Source of the DNA: Aliivibrio fischeri ES114
GTDB lineage: Bacteria; Pseudomonadota; Gammaproteobacteria; Enterobacterales; Vibrionaceae
Assembly (NCBI RefSeq): GCF_000011805.1
Contig: NC_006840.2
DNA length: 32,000 nucleotides
Direction: 5' to 3' (one strand)
The position numbers and the translations under genes were made by a program. Position 1 is the stretch's first letter. The number at the start of each line of letters is the position of its first letter. The notes under the pieces were generated by a model. It was not told where the DNA came from, searched no databases, and saw only the letters and a program-made list of their open reading frames with translations. Shown here piece after piece: positions 31,172 to 32,000 of this stretch.

Positions 31172-32000
31172 ATGATATCTTACCTACTTAGGCGACTTTT
31201 ATTAGTTGTTCCTACCTTTATCGGTATTACTTTACTTATTTTTGCTCTTACTCGATTTGTTCCGGGTGGGCCAGTAGAGCGTATGCTACTAAGTCTACAA
31301 ATGCAGGGTGCTTCAGAAACGGGAGGCACAAGCAGTGTTACCGATGGTAATAACGCCTTATCAGAAGAGCAGATTGAAGAACTGAATGCGTTTTATGGCT
31401 TAGATAAGCCGGTGTTTGAAGCGTATTATGATTGGTTAACCAAATTGGTTGTTTTAGATTTGGGTGAGTCTACTCGTTATTATGAACCAGTTTGGGACAT
31501 GATAGCCGAACGTTTACCGGTTTCTCTCTTTTATGGAGGGATGACGTTTCTGCTCAGTTATCTCATATCCATTCCGCTTGGTTACTTAAAAGCGCTAAAA
31601 CACGGTTCTATCTTAGATTCGACTTCGTCAATTGCCATTTTTGTTGGTTTTGCTTTACCCGGTTATGTCATTGGGGTCTTTTTGATTAGCTTGTTCAGTT
31701 ATCAATTAGAGTGGTTTCCAATGGGCGGTTTTATTAGTGATGACTTTGATGATTTTGGTGCATTTGAACAAATCAAAGACATCATGTGGCATGCCATTCT
31801 TCCTCTCTTTTGTTATTTGATCGGTGACTTTGCCTTACTTACCATGACGATGAAAAATAATTTAATGGAGAACTTAGCGTCTGATTATGTTCGTACCGCG
31901 ATTGCTAAAGGATTGCCATTTAGAAAAGCAGTTCGTAAACACGCATTGCGTAATAGTTTAATTCCTGTTGCGAGTCATTTTGGTAATTCGTTAATGTTTT
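31172..32000 (+). CDS. Oligopeptide/microcin C-type ABC transporter permease (YejB-like), truncated by the right window edge
   Basis: Open frame to base 32000 beginning MISYLLRRLLLVVPTFIGITLLIFALTRFVPGGPVERML, with LNAFYGLDKPVFEAYYDWL, GMTFLLSYLISIPLGYLKA, DYVRTAIAKGLPFRKAVRKHALRNSLIPVA. Confidence 0.85.
   Translation, partial: MISYLLRRLLLVVPTFIGITLLIFALTRFVPGGPVERMLLSLQMQGASETGGTSSVTDGNNALSEEQIEELNAFYGLDKPVFEAYYDWLTKLVVLDLGESTRYYEPVWDMIAERLPVSLFYGGMTFLLSYLISIPLGYLKALKHGSILDSTSSIAIFVGFALPGYVIGVFLISLFSYQLEWFPMGGFISDDFDDFGAFEQIKDIMWHAILPLFCYLIGDFALLTMTMKNNLMENLASDYVRTAIAKGLPFRKAVRKHALRNSLIPVASHFGNSLMF

Overview
This 32 kb window looks like ordinary chromosomal DNA from a Vibrionaceae species. 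An Aliivibrio-like origin is inferred from gene content and protein similarity recalled from memory; no search was run. Left to right it holds: (1) the N-terminal part of a secreted chitin-binding protein or chitinase, cut by the left edge and absent from the supplied ORF track; (2) a GreA/B-fold protein convergent with a three-gene minus-strand unit of retropepsin-like (RimB-type) protease, rimK and an AstE/aspartoacylase-like gene; (3) a sodium-dependent NSS-type transporter; (4) two small conserved proteins (DUF4250 and YaeP/UPF0253-like); (5) a sialic acid / amino-sugar catabolic locus: nanA, an RpiR-family regulator (NanR-like), nagA, nanE, nanK, an SSS-type symporter and a NanQ/YhcH-like protein; (6) a complete minus-strand urease cluster ureDABCEFG directly downstream of a five-gene Nik/Opp-type ABC importer; (7) proS, trmO/tsaA and metNIQ with tandem MetJ-box-like sequences upstream; (8) gmhB with a probable TTG start, an unlisted 55-aa ORF, and a YejB-like permease cut by the right edge. 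I see no CRISPR, mobile element, tRNA/rRNA or phage signature, and nothing I would call a previously undescribed system. The best leads are regulatory: a repeated GGAGT-based motif at all three nan/nag control regions, including an 11-bp perfect inverted repeat upstream of nanE. Others are the linked nickel-type importer and urease genes, a UreE with a His-rich N-terminal segment, and the RimB/RimK/AstE-like triad.
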